DNA of 64,000 nt from Bacteroidota bacterium (GCA_003250355.1 QKGS01000087.1:1608-65607); one strand, 5' to 3'; positions 27,138-38,293 are shown, counted from the first letter of the stretch. The notes: generated by a model from the letters alone, not told the origin. Program-made: numbers and translations.

Positions 27138-28745
27138 TTATATTTTCAGAACTTTTTTAACTGCACCGTTTATTTTAACAATATAAATACCCGGTGCCCA
27201 GTCCGATACATAAACTCTTTTTATAATATTGGTAATATTATCCGATAATATGATATTACCTTTAGTGTCGTATATATTTAATTCGGAATGGGTTAACGAT
27301 TGATTATTGATATAAATATCAAAATAGTCGGTTGCCGGATTCGGTTCTACATCAAAGTATTTATCAAAATATTGTTCAGGTACATATCCCCCCGAAGGGT
27401 CTAAAGCATTTATATAAGTAAAGCCTGAGTTGTCGGGGTCGAGCCATGCTTTTAACTGTTTTGAGGGGGAAGCATAGTATTTATAAGCTGCGGAGAGCAT
27501 TAAAAAATAATCTTGCGCATCGTATTCGCACGAAGCATACCCACCTACCAAGCTACCTATAACTCTCATATTTTCATTAAATAGCGGACACCCCGACGAA
27601 CCGGGTTGGGTTGTTCCTGTATTCCACGATAAAACCTCCCAAAATACACCTGACATATGTTCATATCCTCTGTAAGTAGCATTCATAACCGGACGCTCTT
27701 TATCAACCGAAACCTTCTTAACATCGCCCCACGGATGATGAACAGCTGTTGTCATTATAGGCATTACGTTTCTGGTATCCCAACCGGCAAATAACGGAAA
27801 ATACTTATCGGGTATTTTCTGTCTTAACTTTATTAATGCAAAATCTAAATACTCAGAGTTATTTTCTTTGGTGGTTGCCAGTAGTTCAGCTCCGGTCAAC
27901 GACTGCAACACAGAACCATCAACACCGCCACATATTTTGCTTTCATAATTAAATACAAAAACTGTATTGTCAGCATCAGAATCACTGCCAATACAATGGT
28001 TTGCTGTTAATATATACGGAGTACTGTCATTACGGGTATTGTTCAATAATACCCCTGTGCCAAGTTCGCTGTTATTAATTATAAGCCTGCATACCGAACG
28101 CTTTATATTCTTTACCGCAGCACCTTCTGCACAGTTTACATCAACATTGCACAAACCAGACTGCCTAAACTGCCCGTCTTTTTGCCCAAACACTCCTATA
28201 AAATCATGCCCTACGGTTCCTATTTCAATATTCCCGGTATATTCAGCATTAGCCGGTTCATTGTATTCTATTATTATTTCATCGCCCTGTATGGGCATCA
28301 CCGGTAATACTTTCTTTTCTGCAACATTCATATTGGTAAAAGCTCCCAATATTACTGTTTTATCTACATTGTAAACAAATACTTTTGCGCCATTAGGTAT
28401 ATCGAACTTTGAAAATGTCAAATTCAAGGAATATGCACCATACGACTTTATTCCAACCCTCCATATCCGGTTGCCACTATCAGTATCGCTCCATGTTCCA
28501 TCTGTATTACTGCTAATATTTACTTTCAATGCTTTTGCAAATACCAATGGTGCGTGTTTATTATCATGAAATTCTGAGAGTTGCTTTCGCTGAATATTAT
28601 TACTTATTGAATGTATTATATACTCACTATCTCCAACATTTGTAAAGCTTTCGGGAGTGCCTCCATAGCTAATTTGCGAATTAGCATTAGTATAAATTAT
28701 AACACATAAAAAAATAACAATATCCTTTATAATTCTGTTTATCAT
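27138..28745 (-). CDS. T9SS-secreted lysyl-endopeptidase-like (S1) serine protease
   Basis: Signal peptide, propeptide, catalytic triad motifs LTANHC / LDFALI / TQPGSSGCPL, HHPWGDVKKVS, and a C-terminal T9SS CTD (VEPNPA...WAPGIYIVKING). Confidence 0.9.
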   Translation of the reverse strand: MINRIIKDIVIFLCVIIYTNANSQISYGGTPESFTNVGDSEYIIHSISNNIQRKQLSEFHDNKHAPLVFAKALKVNISSNTDGTWSDTDSGNRIWRVGIKSYGAYSLNLTFSKFDIPNGAKVFVYNVDKTVILGAFTNMNVAEKKVLPVMPIQGDEIIIEYNEPANAEYTGNIEIGTVGHDFIGVFGQKDGQFRQSGLCNVDVNCAEGAAVKNIKRSVCRLIINNSELGTGVLLNNTRNDSTPYILTANHCIGSDSDADNTVFVFNYESKICGGVDGSVLQSLTGAELLATTKENNSEYLDFALIKLRQKIPDKYFPLFAGWDTRNVMPIMTTAVHHPWGDVKKVSVDKERPVMNATYRGYEHMSGVFWEVLSWNTGTTQPGSSGCPLFNENMRVIGSLVGGYASCEYDAQDYFLMLSAAYKYYASPSKQLKAWLDPDNSGFTYINALDPSGGYVPEQYFDKYFDVEPNPATDYFDIYINNQSLTHSELNIYDTKGNIILSDNITNIIKRVYVSDWAPGIYIVKINGAVKKVLKI

Positions 28746-28930
28746 TTTTAGAAATAGTATTGTAAATACAATTATTATACATATAAAAGTATGATATATA
28801 ATTGATTAAGATTTACTAACCAAACATTATATTTTATACAGCTTAAACATAGTTATTTAAGCTCAAAAAAAGTTAGTTTTGTTATTATATTTGTATATAT
28901 TCATTCATAAATTCAAAATATCGTTATACA

Positions 28931-31732
28931 TTGAAAAAGAAACTAAAATACCGTCTAAAAATTATACTTGCAGGCTTTATTATTCTAACCTCTTTTTCCT
29001 TAAAATCGCAAAACGATATTATTGATATTGGTATCCGATATGAATTTCCTCCCTATAGTTTTATTAGTTCCAATCAGGAATACAATGGCTTTGCTGTCGA
29101 TTTTTTCAACAAAATATTGTCTGATAAGTATAAATTAAAATTCAAACAATATAAAGACCTGAACGAAAGCATTGATTGCAGTATTATAGGTATTATATGC
29201 GATGCAAGAGTACCTTTGGGATACACTTTTATACCAATACCACATAGGCTTGAATATTATGTATTTATGCGAACCAATTCCGAAATACAATCATTGGCTA
29301 ATCTCTATAATAAACGGATAATAGTAACCAAAAACGACCTCCCTTTTGAGGTATTGTATCAAAACCGCACTGCACATATATTACAATTACCTTCGTTTTA
29401 CCAACCTTTAGTACTGTTAAATAAAGGAATCAATGACTGTGCAATACTTCCTTACTATACAGGAACAGAGGTTATTAGAAAAGAAAAACTTGAAAATATA
29501 AGCTATATTTTTACCCCTTATCTTTCGTATCAGGCAGGTATTGGGGTTCGTAGCGATAATAAAGAACTGATAAAAGAAATTAAAATTCGTGTAAATGAGG
29601 CTATCCGAAATAACGACTATCACCAGATAGCTCGAAAATGGTTTGAAGAACCTGTCAATTGTCATACAGAAGAACTTGTATCAAAGCAATGGATTTTTAT
29701 TCCAATATTTTTGATACTAATAATTATTATACTTATTGTTTTTCATATTCTATATAAAAATGAATTGCAAAACACTGTTAGTGAACAAATAAGCTTTACT
29801 AGTATCAATAACCTTACCCCTCTTCTTTTTCCGATTAATGAAAAAATAATTCAGAATGTAATGGGAAAAATGCCTGTTTGGATTCTAATAAATGATTCGA
29901 AAGGTATAATACTGCAAATGAGCAAATCGTTCCTAAACGAAGGTATGAATGCACTTAACTTACCTGTTTCATGCGCTATGAACGAATATTTCGATACTGA
30001 AACCTTATCGAAATTTACACAGTGGGACGAAGATATTTTCAGCTTACGAAAAAAATATGTAGCAGAAAAAACAAAAATCATAATTAATGATGTTGAACTT
30101 GAAAAGTACATAATAAAATACCCTATCCAGTTGGTTGAAAAGGGTGAAGTATATATAATGAACCTGTTTCTTGATCAGGCTATAAGCGGCGAAGCTGCAT
30201 TTAAACAATCGTCGTCTAATATTCTAATAAAAAAGACTATAAATGCTATTCCAGATATAATTCTGTTTAAAAATACAAATGGTAAAATAGTTGACGGAAA
30301 TAAAGCAATGTATTCGTGGCTTGAAAAACCTGAACGAGAGATAAAAGGGAAAACACTTATAGAAATACTTGGTAACGAAACCGGATTAAAATACGATAAA
30401 ACAGACCCCCTTGTTTCAAAAACAGGAATAGCATGGGAAGGAAAAATTATTGATACCATTAATGGAGAAGAGCGTATTTTGATGTGCTATAAAACTCCAC
30501 TAAAAACCGTTAAAAACGAAATAAGCGGATTAATTGTAATACTGAAAGATATAACAGCTATTGAAGCAGCTAAGAAAGAGATGGAAGCAGCCAAAAGTAT
30601 TGTAGCGGAATCGAACCGAATAAAATCATCGTTTTTAGCCAATATGAGTCATGAAATACGTACACCCATGAACTCTATTATTGGTTTTACCGACCTGCTT
30701 GCCGATACTGACCTAACATCAGATCAGCGAAGCGAACTAATAGATATTATTCAACGAAGCGGTTATTCATTAGTCGACCTTATTGACGATATTATTGAAA
30801 TATCGAAAATAGAATCGGGGCAAATAAACCTGAAATACACAAATATTAATCTTAACCAAATTGTAGAAGATGCATTTAACTATGCAAAAATTAAACGCCT
30901 ACAGTTTCATAAAGAAGATGTTGAAATATCGTACCAAATAGGCTCTATAAAAGATGTCTATTTTATAAATACCGACCCTTTCAGAATGAAACAAATTCTG
31001 AAAAATTTCTTCAATACAACCATCGCAAAAAGCTACGATGAAGAAAATATTGATTTTGGATACATTCTGCTCGATGATGAAATAATGTTCTATTATAATA
31101 AGAACCATAATAAAGTTACTAAAGAATTTGCTGTTGAAATAGTTAATAATATTGAGCATTACAACTTTAGTTTCAACGAAGTAGAAGAACATGCCGGGGT
31201 ATCGGTAATTATTGCAAAAAGCCTTATAGAACTGTTAGGCGGTAAGCTTTGGACTATTACCCCCGAAAATGAGAATACCGAGTATTATTTCACTATACCC
31301 CTTAAAACGGTAGATGTAGAACCTCCGTACAGAAATAATCTTATTGATAAAACTCCCGATTGGAAAGACTATTCATTCCTGATAGCAGAAGATGAAGAAG
31401 CTAATTTTTTCATTTTAACAGGACTATTGGGCAAAACCAATGTTCATATAATAAGAGCTTCCAATGGCGAAGAGGCAATAAACTTGTACAAAGAGCATAT
31501 TGATAAAATAGACCTTGTATTAATGGACATAAGAATGCCTGTTCTGAATGGCGTAGAAGCTACCAAGCGTATACTCGATTTAAACCCCGATGCTATTGTT
31601 ATAGCTCAAACAGCTTATGCTATGACCGAAGATAGAGAAATATACGAACGAACAGGTATGAAAGGTCTGCTATCAAAACCTATAGACCCTATTACCCTCT
31701 ATTCACTCTGTAACTCATTTTTAAATAAGTAG
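28931..31732 (+). CDS. Hybrid sensor kinase: periplasmic solute-binding domain, TM, PAS, HisKA, degenerate HATPase, receiver
   Basis: YEFPPYSF..GFAVD (SBP family 3-like), PAS (NAIPDIILFKN..G), H-box FLANMSHEIRTPMNSIIG, receiver LIAEDE..LVLMDIRMPVLNG..AQTAYA..KPID. N/G1/G2 boxes are not recognisable. Confidence 0.85.
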   Translation: MKKKLKYRLKIILAGFIILTSFSLKSQNDIIDIGIRYEFPPYSFISSNQEYNGFAVDFFNKILSDKYKLKFKQYKDLNESIDCSIIGIICDARVPLGYTFIPIPHRLEYYVFMRTNSEIQSLANLYNKRIIVTKNDLPFEVLYQNRTAHILQLPSFYQPLVLLNKGINDCAILPYYTGTEVIRKEKLENISYIFTPYLSYQAGIGVRSDNKELIKEIKIRVNEAIRNNDYHQIARKWFEEPVNCHTEELVSKQWIFIPIFLILIIIILIVFHILYKNELQNTVSEQISFTSINNLTPLLFPINEKIIQNVMGKMPVWILINDSKGIILQMSKSFLNEGMNALNLPVSCAMNEYFDTETLSKFTQWDEDIFSLRKKYVAEKTKIIINDVELEKYIIKYPIQLVEKGEVYIMNLFLDQAISGEAAFKQSSSNILIKKTINAIPDIILFKNTNGKIVDGNKAMYSWLEKPEREIKGKTLIEILGNETGLKYDKTDPLVSKTGIAWEGKIIDTINGEERILMCYKTPLKTVKNEISGLIVILKDITAIEAAKKEMEAAKSIVAESNRIKSSFLANMSHEIRTPMNSIIGFTDLLADTDLTSDQRSELIDIIQRSGYSLVDLIDDIIEISKIESGQINLKYTNINLNQIVEDAFNYAKIKRLQFHKEDVEISYQIGSIKDVYFINTDPFRMKQILKNFFNTTIAKSYDEENIDFGYILLDDEIMFYYNKNHNKVTKEFAVEIVNNIEHYNFSFNEVEEHAGVSVIIAKSLIELLGGKLWTITPENENTEYYFTIPLKTVDVEPPYRNNLIDKTPDWKDYSFLIAEDEEANFFILTGLLGKTNVHIIRASNGEEAINLYKEHIDKIDLVLMDIRMPVLNGVEATKRILDLNPDAIVIAQTAYAMTEDREIYERTGMKGLLSKPIDPITLYSLCNSFLNK

Positions 31733-31826
31733 TTAAATTCAGGGTTTAATTGATATTTTCATTAACAAACCGGATTGCTTCTATTTACCATTACTATATC
31801 AATTCTAATGTAGTTAGGGTTTTAAA

Positions 31827-32462
31827 TCAAGATTTTGAGAAGTGTCTACAAAACTTAAATATACCACACTCTTCGCACTTGGGATTTCTTGCAGTACATA
31901 CATAACGCCCATGTAATATAAGCCAATGATGAGCTATGGGTAAAAGCTCTTCAGGAATATTTGCAACTATCTGCCTTTCGGTTTCCAAAGGTGTTTTTGC
32001 CCTGTAAGTAAGCCCTATCCTATCGGCTACTCTGAACACATGAGTATCAACAGCCATAGCCGGTTTGTTAAATACTACCGAAACTATAACATTAGCTGTT
32101 TTTCGTCCCACTCCGGGTAACTTTTGGAGCTCATTTATATTATCCGGTACATTTCCGTTAAAATCAGTAACCACCATTTTTGCCATACCCAGCAAATGCT
32201 TCGATTTATTATTTGGATAAGAACATGACCGAATCAGATTAAATATCTCCTCTTCTGTCGATTCTGATAATGCAAATACATTGGGAAATTTTTCAAATAG
32301 TGGCGGGGTTATAATATTTACTCTCTTATCGGTACATTGTGCCGATAGAATTACAGCAACAAGCAATTCATAAGCATTGGTATAATTAAGTTCGGTTTCA
32401 GCAACAGGCATATTATGTTGAAACCATTCTATTACTTTCTTATATCTCTCCTTTTTTAGCAT
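31827..32462 (-). CDS. nth: Endonuclease III
   Basis: LLVAVILSAQCTD, HhH LPGVGRKTANV, AVDTHV, Fe-S motif CTARNPKCEEC....C. Confidence 0.97.
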   Translation of the reverse strand: MLKKERYKKVIEWFQHNMPVAETELNYTNAYELLVAVILSAQCTDKRVNIITPPLFEKFPNVFALSESTEEEIFNLIRSCSYPNNKSKHLLGMAKMVVTDFNGNVPDNINELQKLPGVGRKTANVIVSVVFNKPAMAVDTHVFRVADRIGLTYRAKTPLETERQIVANIPEELLPIAHHWLILHGRYVCTARNPKCEECGIFKFCRHFSKS

Positions 32463-32464
32463 AT

Positions 32465-32980
32465 TTATAGCAATTCATAACCATTTATTATTGATACCAA
32501 ATCATGTGCTAAAACAAGAGTCTGTTCATTACACTTTCCTATTTTGCTCTTTACATAATCTACCAATTCACCTTTTCTCTCTTCCGATACTTTTGCTTCT
32601 ACGTTTTCAATAACTGTAAAAGCTTCAAAAGCTAATTGAAATTCACATTCAGTAACAATATCAATAAATGTTTCCAAATAATTTGTAAAATCTAATCTTG
32701 AATTCCATGCTGCCGACAAAAGTATTTCTTGCAATTCATGGTCGGTACTATTTTTTATTTTATTAACAAATATTTCAGCAATACTCTGATCCTTTATATC
32801 ACAAAAAAGGGTATATATACTTTGCTTTACATTTTTATCAAATGACATATACTCGTCTGTCAAAGAACTGAATAACTGAGCATTACCCTTATCTTTCAGC
32901 TCGTTTATAATAGTTTCTGTTTTAGCAATATTTCCGGTTCTGAATGCAGCCAAAATTGAGTTTATCTCCTCTTGTTTCAT
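32465..32980 (-). CDS. Hypothetical helical-repeat (HEAT-like) protein; ORF track start is 33043, likely start is 32980
   Basis: All-helical acidic sequence (ILLSAAWNSRLDF..YLETFIDI..F.LAFEAFTVIEN) directly upstream of nth. Confidence 0.6.
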   Translation of the reverse strand: MKQEEINSILAAFRTGNIAKTETIINELKDKGNAQLFSSLTDEYMSFDKNVKQSIYTLFCDIKDQSIAEIFVNKIKNSTDHELQEILLSAAWNSRLDFTNYLETFIDIVTECEFQLAFEAFTVIENVEAKVSEERKGELVDYVKSKIGKCNEQTLVLAHDLVSIINGYELL

Positions 32981-33113
32981 TTTATTTAACTTAAATATGT
33001 TATGTTGTATTAATAATAAAGTGTTCAAAGGTATTAAATTCACAAAGTGATTTTGAAATTTCTCATATTTTATATTATTTTTATGCTAGTTATAAAATCG
33101 AAACCTAATAGTT

Positions 33114-34019
33114 ATGAATAAATTACTTAAACTAATTCCTGCCATTATAGTAATGGTTTTTTTATACAATTGTTCATCAAATAAAAAACCAAAAGAAGAG
33201 ATGGCAGATAAAATAGATAAAGAACTTGAGATAGACGATGAGTTTATTGATGATTTTCATAAAGCAAAACAAGTATTTTATGCTCTGCCCTCTCCTATAG
33301 AAACAGCTCTGCTTATAAAAAAAGCAGGAACCGATTATAAAGAAGATATACTTAACCCAACCTCAAATGCTGATAAGTACACAACTTCGGTTAAAAAAGC
33401 TTTAAATTTTGGTGTTTATGGTGCCGATATGAGTTATGCAAGCTTATTTGCACAGAACCAAACAGCTATGAAATATATGGGAGTATCAAAAAAACTAGCC
33501 GATGAAATGGGTATGTTAGGTTATATTGATAAAAATCTTGTAGATCGCCTTGAATTAAATATATCGAACCGCGATTCGTGTATGGAAATAATTACAGAAG
33601 GTTTTGTAAATTCTAACTATTATTTAAAAGAAACAGGTCGTCCGCAAATAGCCGCACTTGTAATAGCCGGAGGTTGGATTGAAGGGCTTTACATTGCTAC
33701 AAAACTAGCTCAGGCATCGCCTAATAATAATGAATTAATTGACCGTATAATAGATCAGAAACTTTCGTTAAATACTCTTGTTAGTTTACTTGAAGAATAT
33801 CAAGATGATGCTGAAACTAAAAAGGTACTAAATATGGTATACGAAATTCGCAATGTATATAATAAAGTACAGGTTGTAACTTCAAAAGTAGAGCCTGTGA
33901 CTAATCAGGAATCGAAAGTAACTACCCTTCAGGCAAAAACAGAAATATTTATATCGGAAGAGATATTCCGCGATTTGGTTGAAAAAATTGACAGCATCAG
34001 AAATAGCATAATAGAGTAA
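33114..34019 (+). CDS. Hypothetical lipoprotein
   Basis: Lipobox-like FLYNC after a hydrophobic stretch; helical body (ALNFGVYGADMSY, GGWIEGLYIA). Confidence 0.75.
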   Translation: MNKLLKLIPAIIVMVFLYNCSSNKKPKEEMADKIDKELEIDDEFIDDFHKAKQVFYALPSPIETALLIKKAGTDYKEDILNPTSNADKYTTSVKKALNFGVYGADMSYASLFAQNQTAMKYMGVSKKLADEMGMLGYIDKNLVDRLELNISNRDSCMEIITEGFVNSNYYLKETGRPQIAALVIAGGWIEGLYIATKLAQASPNNNELIDRIIDQKLSLNTLVSLLEEYQDDAETKKVLNMVYEIRNVYNKVQVVTSKVEPVTNQESKVTTLQAKTEIFISEEIFRDLVEKIDSIRNSIIE

Positions 34020-34039
34020 AAGATATATAACTATACAAA

Positions 34040-34069
34040 AAGGGTATCCAAAAACGGATGCCCTTTTTT
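34040..34069 (+). terminator. Rho-independent terminator
   Basis: AAGGGTATCC-AAAAAC-GGATGCCCTT followed by a T-run. Confidence 0.75.
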
Positions 34070-34593
34070 ATTATACATATTTTGCCTGTAATGTCAAGAT
34101 GTAATGACACCACCATATTAAAGCTTTTAGTTTATAATATGTTTACCGCTAATTACTATTTACGATTATTGTACTAAACTGTATTTTACAATAATGTATA
34201 TTATTACATATACTGATATACAGTTAGAAGTTATTGTTTAACTAACTTAATACATTCCGGTTATTACAGTATTTTAACAAGCTATACTGTAAACTATCAC
34301 TATTTAATTAACAATGTGATTAACAATAATTGCACTATGGGATTGTTAATAAAATATTAATCAGTATGCTGTTACATATCAATGTTTTAGAATACATCCT
34401 TTTGTATATTGCTGAATATCAATAATATAAAAAAGTGTATTTTTTTTCAACTGTTAATAAATTGAAAACTAAAGGCATAACGAAATATTCAAAAAATCAA
34501 TAGTATTTTTATTTTTTTTTATCCTTTTTTTTCACAAAATTCGTACACGATTTAGGGATTACATATATAGAATTATTTAAGCCGTTTAACAAA

Positions 34594-36021
34594 ATGATAG
34601 AAAGTCACAAACAGATTTGGGCAAATTGTTTGCGCGTAATTAAAGACAACGTACCACCAATAAGTTACAGGACATGGTTTGAGCCAATAGTACCATTAAA
34701 GGTTGAAAACAGTATATTAACTATACAGGTACCTAGTCCGTTCTTTTATGAGTATTTAGAAGAACAGTATATTGAAATATTGAGTAAAACACTTAGAAAA
34801 GAGTTGGGTGGTACAGCCAAGCTTGAGTATAGCGTAGTAATGGAAAACAACGTATATGCCAGCAACCCACCTTTTACAGTGAAGCTTCCAACAAATGATA
34901 GAAAGGAATTAAAGAACAAGCCTCTTTCACTGCCCATGGAAGAGAAAAAAAGCATTAAGAACCCTTTCATAATTCCCGGAATACAAAAGCTTCATGTTGA
35001 TCCCCAATTAAATCCATCGAAGAATTTCAACAATTTTGTTGAAGGTGAATGTAATCAGCTTGCACGTTCGGCCGGTTTTGCAGTAGCATCGAATCCGGGT
35101 AAAACAGCTTTTAACCCTTTATTTTTATATAGTTCAAGTGGTTTAGGCAAATCGCACCTAGCGCAGGCTATAGGTATAGAAGCAAAAGAGCGTTTTCCGG
35201 AAAAAGTTGTATTATATGTTGATGGTATTAAGTTTCAAACACAATTTGTAGAAGCTATTATCAATAATAATACAAACGATTTCGTACATTTTTATCAAAT
35301 GATTGATATACTGATAATTGATGATATTCATCATTTATCGGGTAAAGAGAAAACGCAGGATATATTCTTCCATATTTTTAATCATTTACACCAAAATAAC
35401 AAGCAGCTGATAATTACTTCAGATATGGCTCCTGTCGATTTGCATGGCTTTGAGCAAAGGTTATTGTCGCGTTTCAAATGGGGATTATCGGCCGATTTAC
35501 AAATTCCGGACTTTGAGACACGCGTTTCTATACTAAAGAAAAAGATATATAACGACGGTATTAGTTTAGATGACGATATTATTGAGTATATAGCTTCGCA
35601 TATAAATACAAATATTCGAGAACTTGAGGGGGCTTTTATATCGCTGCTAGCACAGTCTACACTCAATAAAAAGGATATAACTATTGATTTGGCTAAGAAA
35701 ATGATCGACCGTTTGGTTAAGAATACTAAGCGTGAAATATCAATTGATTATATTCAAAAAGTTGTTTGCGATTATTTTAATATGCCATCTGATATTATTA
35801 CATCGAGAACACGTAAGAGAGAGATAGTACAGGCTCGTCAGATAGCAATGTATTTTGCCAAAGGATTTACTAAATCGTCGCTTGCAACTATTGGCTCGCA
35901 AATAGGCGGTAAAGACCATGCAACAGTACTGCACGCTTGCAAAACAGTAAATAACCTTATTGAAACCGATAAAAGATTTAAAGGTTATATTTCCGATATA
36001 GAAAAGAAACTGAAAATATAA
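34594..36021 (+). CDS. dnaA: Chromosomal replication initiator DnaA
   Basis: WFEPI domain I, NPLFLYSSSGLGKSHL Walker A, LIIDDIH, RLLSRFKWGL, NIRELEGA, domain IV RQIAMYF..SLATIG..GGKDHATVLHA. Confidence 0.97.
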   Translation: MIESHKQIWANCLRVIKDNVPPISYRTWFEPIVPLKVENSILTIQVPSPFFYEYLEEQYIEILSKTLRKELGGTAKLEYSVVMENNVYASNPPFTVKLPTNDRKELKNKPLSLPMEEKKSIKNPFIIPGIQKLHVDPQLNPSKNFNNFVEGECNQLARSAGFAVASNPGKTAFNPLFLYSSSGLGKSHLAQAIGIEAKERFPEKVVLYVDGIKFQTQFVEAIINNNTNDFVHFYQMIDILIIDDIHHLSGKEKTQDIFFHIFNHLHQNNKQLIITSDMAPVDLHGFEQRLLSRFKWGLSADLQIPDFETRVSILKKKIYNDGISLDDDIIEYIASHINTNIRELEGAFISLLAQSTLNKKDITIDLAKKMIDRLVKNTKREISIDYIQKVVCDYFNMPSDIITSRTRKREIVQARQIAMYFAKGFTKSSLATIGSQIGGKDHATVLHACKTVNNLIETDKRFKGYISDIEKKLKI

Positions 36022-36043
36022 AGTTTATCACAGTTATAATAAG

Positions 36044-36075
36044 AACCGTTTGAATAATAATTCAGGCGGTTTTTT
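36044..36075 (+). terminator. Rho-independent terminator
   Basis: AACCGTTTGAA / TTCAGGCGGTT stem (G:U pairs) followed by a T-run after dnaA. Confidence 0.65.
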
Positions 36076-36170
36076 GTTTTGTTTATATAGCTATATCTAT
36101 ATGTTTACTCATTATGGTTTGAGCTATTTTATTACTTTTGTCAGTTGGTGCATTAAACTATTAAACTATT

Positions 36171-38267
36171 ATGAACAACAATAAAACCGGTTCTTTAAAA
36201 TTTATGAAAATAACTGTTACACTGTGTTTTGCAATTTTTACAGCCTTGATATATGCTCAATCGCCTACCGTTGATATTGAGCGTTCAAACAATAAAATTA
36301 CACTTGATGGAGTAAACTATTACATACATATAGTACGTAAGGGTGAATCGTTATTTGCTTTAAGCAAGGTTTATAATGTGCCTGTTGATTCAATTAAAAA
36401 AGACAATAAGCTTATACTGGCTAATGGATTACAACCAAACCAGTATATAAAAATGCGTATCACTGACGATATGGATGATGAACAAAAGTTCAATTATCAT
36501 ACTGTTATTAAGGGTGATACCCCTTTTGGAATAGCAAAAAAATATAATTCATCAATTGATGAAATATATAAAAACAACCCTAATTCCGATATGGGGTTAA
36601 GTATAGGACAGATAATAAAAATTCCAATAAATGAGACTAATAAAACAGCTGTTATTGAGGTAGTTGAATTAACTGAAAATAATGGTTTTATTGTTCATAC
36701 GGTAGAGAAAAAACAAACTCTTTATGGTATTTCGGTTCTTTACAAAACCACAGTTGATGATATTAAAAAAGCCAATCCGGAGATAGAGTCAGGAAATATA
36801 AGTATTGGTCAGCAATTGAAAATACCGGCATCGCAACAAACTATTGAAAGCAATGATGAATACAATATGCATATGGTTGCAAAACAAGAAACCATATATG
36901 GCATTTGTAAAATGTATGATATTAAAAATAAACAACTTACAAAGTTGAATCCTGAAATAGAAACAACCGGATTACAAGTTGGAATGCTTTTGCGTATTCC
37001 TAAAAATAATTTTACAGACAATGTTATTAAAGATAACCAAACTCCAACTTCTGTAAATAATTATATACCTACTACTACTGTTGATAATAAAGCTAATTAT
37101 GACACTATTCAATATATAACTCCGGTTAAGGTCAATAATTTTAATAAGGACAAAATATATAAAGTAGCTTTCTTTTTACCATTATATCTTAATATGGTAG
37201 ATACATCAGTAAATGAAAATACAGGTAAGCGAGAATTAAAAATATATCCTAAAGCTCAGATTTTTCTTGAGTTTTATGAAGGTGCATTGCTAGCTTTAAG
37301 AGAGTTGCAAACCATGGGCGTATCGTTCGATGTTCATGTATTTGATACTAGAAACGATAGTAACACTGTTGCAGAAATTTTGAAAAACCCGGCATTAAAA
37401 GGGTTTAATCTGTTCATTGGTCCTGTTTTTAGCGACAATCTCGATAAAGTTGGTGATTTTGCATGGGAACATCAAATTAATATAGTATCGCCACTTTCAA
37501 TTAAGAGCAGTTTTATTGAGCACAACCCTTATTCATTTCAGGTAAGCCCCCCATTTCATATTCAAATGAAACATGCTTCTGAATTTTTAAATAGCATCGA
37601 TACCAAAAACTATATTGTAATACACGATGGCAATGATTCTGAACAGGAGTATATTTCAAAGTTTAAGGAGCAATTGTTTGCACAAATGACTGATGATAAC
37701 TTTGCACAATTCAAGTACAATGAAGTACACTATTACGATGCACGTGACAGTGTTTTAAAAAATGTATTTTCACCTAATATTGAGAATATTGTAATAGTGC
37801 CTTCACAAAACAGGGCATTTGTAAGTGATGTAATTGGTAAATTGAACGGTTATTCGCATGATTATAATATAATTACATTTGGCCAACCGCGCTGGCTTAC
37901 ATTCGATAATATTGAGCTTGAAAATTTTCATAATACAAAGACTCATATATTCTCAAATTCATATATCGACTATAATAATGAAAATGTAAAGTCATTTGTA
38001 AGAAAGTACCGCAATTACTATAAAAATGAGCCTGACCGATTTGCATTTCAAGGGTATGATATTACGTACTATTTTTGTTCGGCTTTGAATATGTACGGTC
38101 ATGAATTTCGTAGGTCAATTCATTTGCATCACCCTGATTTACTGCAAACTGACTATAATTTTGTACCCTATACCGATCAGGGTGGGTATTTAAATTCATC
38201 GATATATATATTAGAGTTTACCGATGATTACTTACTAAAAAAAGTAGCTTCATATCCGGGAAAATAG
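36171..38267 (+). CDS. LysM peptidoglycan-binding protein with a C-terminal periplasmic-binding-protein-like domain
   Basis: Four LysM repeats (HIVRKGESLFALSK, HTVIKGDTPFGIAK, HTVEKKQTLYGIS, HMVAKQETIYGIC); C-terminal VAFFLPL..FYEGALLA..IGPV..VSPLS..AFQGYD. Confidence 0.9.
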   Translation: MNNNKTGSLKFMKITVTLCFAIFTALIYAQSPTVDIERSNNKITLDGVNYYIHIVRKGESLFALSKVYNVPVDSIKKDNKLILANGLQPNQYIKMRITDDMDDEQKFNYHTVIKGDTPFGIAKKYNSSIDEIYKNNPNSDMGLSIGQIIKIPINETNKTAVIEVVELTENNGFIVHTVEKKQTLYGISVLYKTTVDDIKKANPEIESGNISIGQQLKIPASQQTIESNDEYNMHMVAKQETIYGICKMYDIKNKQLTKLNPEIETTGLQVGMLLRIPKNNFTDNVIKDNQTPTSVNNYIPTTTVDNKANYDTIQYITPVKVNNFNKDKIYKVAFFLPLYLNMVDTSVNENTGKRELKIYPKAQIFLEFYEGALLALRELQTMGVSFDVHVFDTRNDSNTVAEILKNPALKGFNLFIGPVFSDNLDKVGDFAWEHQINIVSPLSIKSSFIEHNPYSFQVSPPFHIQMKHASEFLNSIDTKNYIVIHDGNDSEQEYISKFKEQLFAQMTDDNFAQFKYNEVHYYDARDSVLKNVFSPNIENIVIVPSQNRAFVSDVIGKLNGYSHDYNIITFGQPRWLTFDNIELENFHNTKTHIFSNSYIDYNNENVKSFVRKYRNYYKNEPDRFAFQGYDITYYFCSALNMYGHEFRRSIHLHHPDLLQTDYNFVPYTDQGGYLNSSIYILEFTDDYLLKKVASYPGK

Positions 38268-38293
38268 TACAAACCTAATTTATTATCTATACA

